A DNA stretch of 64,000 nucleotides from a virus. The stretch spans positions 1 to 64,000 of IMG/VR virus record IMGVR_UViG_3300046002_005654. The stretch is one strand, 5' to 3'. Below are positions 61,502 to 64,000 of the stretch, piece after piece. Below the pieces are notes generated by a model, which was given only the letters and a program-made list of their open reading frames with translations, had not been told where the DNA came from and made no database searches. The number at the start of each line of letters is the position of its first letter. Positions within the stretch are counted from its first letter, which is position 1. The position numbers and the translations under genes were made by a program.

Positions 61502-61749
61502 AATTTATAATGTTCTTGATAATAATTATCAACATTAACTTCTTCAATTTCATCAATTCTTAATGATACTATATCATTATTATCTTGAATAAATTTAAAA
61601 TTTTTTGGAAAAGAACTATTATTTTCTAACATAAATATAAAATCATTTATATTTTGATCTATAATCTTATATGTATTATCTATCCATAATATTCTTCCAC
61701 CTGGATATTTTAATCTTCCTCTGCATTTTATAAATTCTATTTTATTCAT
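61498..61749 (-). CDS. Hypothetical protein
   Basis: 83 aa, overlapping both neighbours. Confidence 0.6.
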   Translation of the reverse strand: MNKIEFIKCRGRLKYPGGRILWIDNTYKIIDQNINDFIFMLENNSSFPKNFKFIQDNNDIVSLRIDEIEEVNVDNYYQEHYKL

Positions 61750-62308
61750 AACTTAATCCGTCTTCAAATGCGTTAAGCGTTCTACTCCCTTTATTCCTTC
61801 CATCCATTTCTTTTTGCTCTGTTAAAACTTCCTTATAAGCAGCTTTAAGATTACGCATAATATCTGGTATTCCTTTATTAGCAGCTACAATCATTGGAAG
61901 TGTAGTTACAGTTCCGCCACTGCTAGTTCTTTCATCAAGTAATTCATTTGTTTTTAGAAGGTAATCTGATATATCATCAGCCGACTTTAATGAACTCTTA
62001 TATAGTTTAGCGATTGGACTTATAGACATCTTTTCGTAAAACTTAATAGCTTCACTAATAACAGTATCTATTTTCCAATCAGAATCTAAACCAATATCTT
62101 TTATTATTTCATTACGTCTAATTTCATTATTAGTCATATCTACATAGTCAGATCTAATATCTGAGTAATAATATATAAATAACATCTCTTTAAATGCAGT
62201 TTCTTTTTGTCTAGATTTATCTCTTTTAAGTATTGCCTTAAATGGCAAAACGCCCCAAGCTTCTTCTGAAACCTGGAGCGAGAAATCTACCATTGTAAAT
62301 AATTTCAT
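61742..62308 (-). CDS. Conserved phage protein, candidate terminase small subunit
   Basis: 188-aa helical protein upstream of terL; RDKS..AFKEMLFIYYYSDIRSDY. Function inferred from position only. Confidence 0.45.
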   Translation of the reverse strand: MKLFTMVDFSLQVSEEAWGVLPFKAILKRDKSRQKETAFKEMLFIYYYSDIRSDYVDMTNNEIRRNEIIKDIGLDSDWKIDTVISEAIKFYEKMSISPIAKLYKSSLKSADDISDYLLKTNELLDERTSSGGTVTTLPMIVAANKGIPDIMRNLKAAYKEVLTEQKEMDGRNKGSRTLNAFEDGLSYE

Positions 62309-62496
62309 TATTTTTTGAGCATAATAGGCTCCGCCTCTACAACTTCTGGTTCTTTTACTGGTTCAAAATGAGCCTTTAAAAGATCTAATGCCTGACTAAC
62401 TACGGCTGAGTCTTTCAGTCCAAACGCACCTTTTGTTGATGCCATATTTAATGCTTGTTCTATTACGCTTACTACTTGTGTCATGTTTGTTTCCAT
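62308..62496 (-). CDS. Small hypothetical protein
   Basis: 62 aa with TAATG coupling. Confidence 0.6.
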   Translation of the reverse strand: METNMTQVVSVIEQALNMASTKGAFGLKDSAVVSQALDLLKAHFEPVKEPEVVEAEPIMLKK

Positions 62497-62855
62497 TACT
62501 TTAAAAATTTTGCTTTAATAAATCTATCTTCAATTATTGCGAAAGTATTTAGACCTACTTGAATAGGGTCTATCTTAACTTGTTCTCTTACTTCGTAAGC
62601 ATTATTTGATTCTGTTTTAACAGGAACCATCATTTTTTCTATATCTATAAGTACTTCATCTCCAGCGGAAACGGTTATGTCTCTAAAATTTATTGTTCCG
62701 GCAACTATAAACTGCCTGTCTGATAGTACATTTTCTGATAATACTAATTCACCATCTTCCTCTAAGTTATTTAAAGTAATAATTACTTTATTAAATAACG
62801 GTTGTAACGGAAAATCAATTATAACCTCTCCAACCTCTTCTTTACTCAATCTCAT
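62496..62855 (-). CDS. GroES-like co-chaperonin (divergent)
   Basis: LQPLFNKVII...GELVL...IVAG...VSAGDEVLI...AIIEDRFIKA mirrors the GroES pattern PLxDRV, GIxL, VAVG, VxxGDxVL, ILxExDI. Confidence 0.6.
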   Translation of the reverse strand: MRLSKEEVGEVIIDFPLQPLFNKVIITLNNLEEDGELVLSENVLSDRQFIVAGTINFRDITVSAGDEVLIDIEKMMVPVKTESNNAYEVREQVKIDPIQVGLNTFAIIEDRFIKAKFLK

Positions 62856-63150
62856 TCTTGTTTTGTTTTAAATTATGGTATTCTTTTAATTTATCTTTTT
62901 GTTTTAAAAGCTTTTTATATACATTGTATGTTGTATATAGTTTTCCTAGATGTGCAAATATAAAATTAGTTTTTAATTTATTAAATTCAACTTCATTTTC
63001 TATTCCATCTAACTCAATACTCACTATAGTTTCTCTTGCAAATCTATATGGTGAGTTTACTATTTTATTTATAACACTGTCTTGTAGATGATGTTTTAAA
63101 CCAATTTTATGCATTAATAGTTTAACCTTATCACTATCTACTTTATTCAT
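62842..63150 (-). CDS. HU/IHF-like small basic protein
   Basis: Helical N-terminus plus NFIFAHLGKLY beta-arm pattern. Confidence 0.45.
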   Translation of the reverse strand: MNKVDSDKVKLLMHKIGLKHHLQDSVINKIVNSPYRFARETIVSIELDGIENEVEFNKLKTNFIFAHLGKLYTTYNVYKKLLKQKDKLKEYHNLKQNKNEIE

Positions 63151-63541
63151 TATCTACTATATTAAAATTAAATATAATTTTAAAGCTCTTACAATTATTT
63201 GTTAATTCAGGAATAAACTTACTAGCTATCTCGCCTTCAATAATAATATTCTTTTTTCTAAGAGTTGTTAGTATGTTGTGAAGACCATTGCTATTCATTT
63301 TCTTTCCTTCAAATAAAGGATCGTCCATTATTTTTATCTTAGTATCATAATCAAATACAACCTTCCATAATATTTTATTATTAGTTATTTCTTTTTTGTA
63401 TTTATAATGATAATATAAAAGTAATGACAATACTTGTTGCTGTTGATTATTAAGTCCGTGAAAGCTGCTTGTGACATCTAACCATTTAAGAAATAAATCT
63501 TTTAACTTAACATTTAAATTAGCTTCTTTAACATTAATCAT
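63143..63541 (-). CDS. Putative winged-helix DNA-binding protein
   Basis: LNNQQQQVLSLL...LHNILTTLRKKNII. Start set at the coupled ATG 63541. Confidence 0.5.
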   Translation of the reverse strand: MINVKEANLNVKLKDLFLKWLDVTSSFHGLNNQQQQVLSLLLYYHYKYKKEITNNKILWKVVFDYDTKIKIMDDPLFEGKKMNSNGLHNILTTLRKKNIIIEGEIASKFIPELTNNCKSFKIIFNFNIVDNE

Positions 63542-63854
63542 TTTTTCTTTTTTGTACGTAATCATTGTATTCATATATGTTTTTAAAATCTCGTAAATCA
63601 TTTACTGATCCACATCTAAAACATACATTATTGTCAATATCATCTACTACAATATGTAAACTATTACAGTGCCTACAAGCCACTACAGGCTCACTATCGT
63701 AGTCTCTTAATTTATTCTCCTTAATCTCCCTAATTTTGTTGTCTAAGTCTTTAATATATTCTGTATCAAATACCGGAAAGGGAGATAATACATTATAGTA
63801 GTGAAGGTGTTTAGATAGCGCTATCAGGTATTCTGTTACCTTCTTGCTTTCCAT
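63534..63854 (-). CDS. Zinc-finger protein
   Basis: YDSEPVVACRHCNSLHI...CFRCGS. Confidence 0.7.
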   Translation of the reverse strand: MESKKVTEYLIALSKHLHYYNVLSPFPVFDTEYIKDLDNKIREIKENKLRDYDSEPVVACRHCNSLHIVVDDIDNNVCFRCGSVNDLRDFKNIYEYNDYVQKRKND

Positions 63855-63951
63855 TTGTTATTTTAATTTTAGCTGACCATAAGTCATTGTTATTATTATC
63901 TAATATTATTTTATAAGAGTAGTTTGAATATGATCTTCTAAACGTTTCCAT
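63811..63951 (-). CDS. Possible small ORF (46 aa)
   Basis: METFRRSYSNYSYKIILD...; overlaps the next gene by 44 nt. Confidence 0.3.
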   Translation of the reverse strand: METFRRSYSNYSYKIILDNNNNDLWSAKIKITNGKQEGNRIPDSAI

Positions 63952-64000
63952 ATTTATTATAAACCTATCTACCTTATCCAATATTTCTTTTATTCCAGTT

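Noticed and set aside
10120-63091. Numerous plus-strand ORFs of 60-135 aa in the late arm, plus the minus-strand alternate-frame ORFs 52696-53100 and 59291-59533
   Set aside because: They lie inside or opposite long motif-bearing genes and have the F/L/S/I-rich composition typical of shadow frames.
7608-63854. Stop-codon reassignment as in some gut crAss-like phages
   Set aside because: Late genes are long and uninterrupted in the standard code; TAG ends genes at 40209 and 49842 and TGA ends others.

Overview
This window is about 64 kb of a very AT-rich tailed-phage genome with Crassvirales (crAss-like, phi14:2-type) architecture. The host is probably Bacteroidota (Flavobacteriia), judging from recurrent TAnnTTTG promoters. 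Bases 1-7553 (+ strand) are the end of a replication/nucleotide-metabolism arm: class II ribonucleotide reductase, SF2 helicase, metallophosphoesterase and small orphans. A bidirectional terminator at about 7562-7600 separates it from the minus-strand late arm. In transcription order that arm encodes small DNA-binding/unknown genes, a GroES-like gene, GroEL, large terminase, portal, scaffold-like protein, major capsid protein, ring/auxiliary-capsid/tail-hub proteins, several tail fibres, a lysis cassette, a DEDD exonuclease, ring/IHF/muzzle proteins, cargo proteins and three giant ejected proteins. One of the giant proteins is a single-chain virion RNA polymerase (DFDVD motif), and a ferritin gene is inserted after it. 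Most notable observations: (i) an apparently complete phage GroEL/GroES pair inside the packaging module; (ii) a 25-bp element lying exactly 60 bp from the -7 box of both head-gene promoters; (iii) a promoter-palindrome-terminator leader before the cargo operon; (iv) a shared SD-like leader on the two genes flanking the capsid gene; (v) accessory domains and linker-delimited cassettes on the ejected proteins; (vi) a degenerate tRNA-like element after nrdJ. All functional calls come from motif recognition and synteny by eye; no database searches were run.
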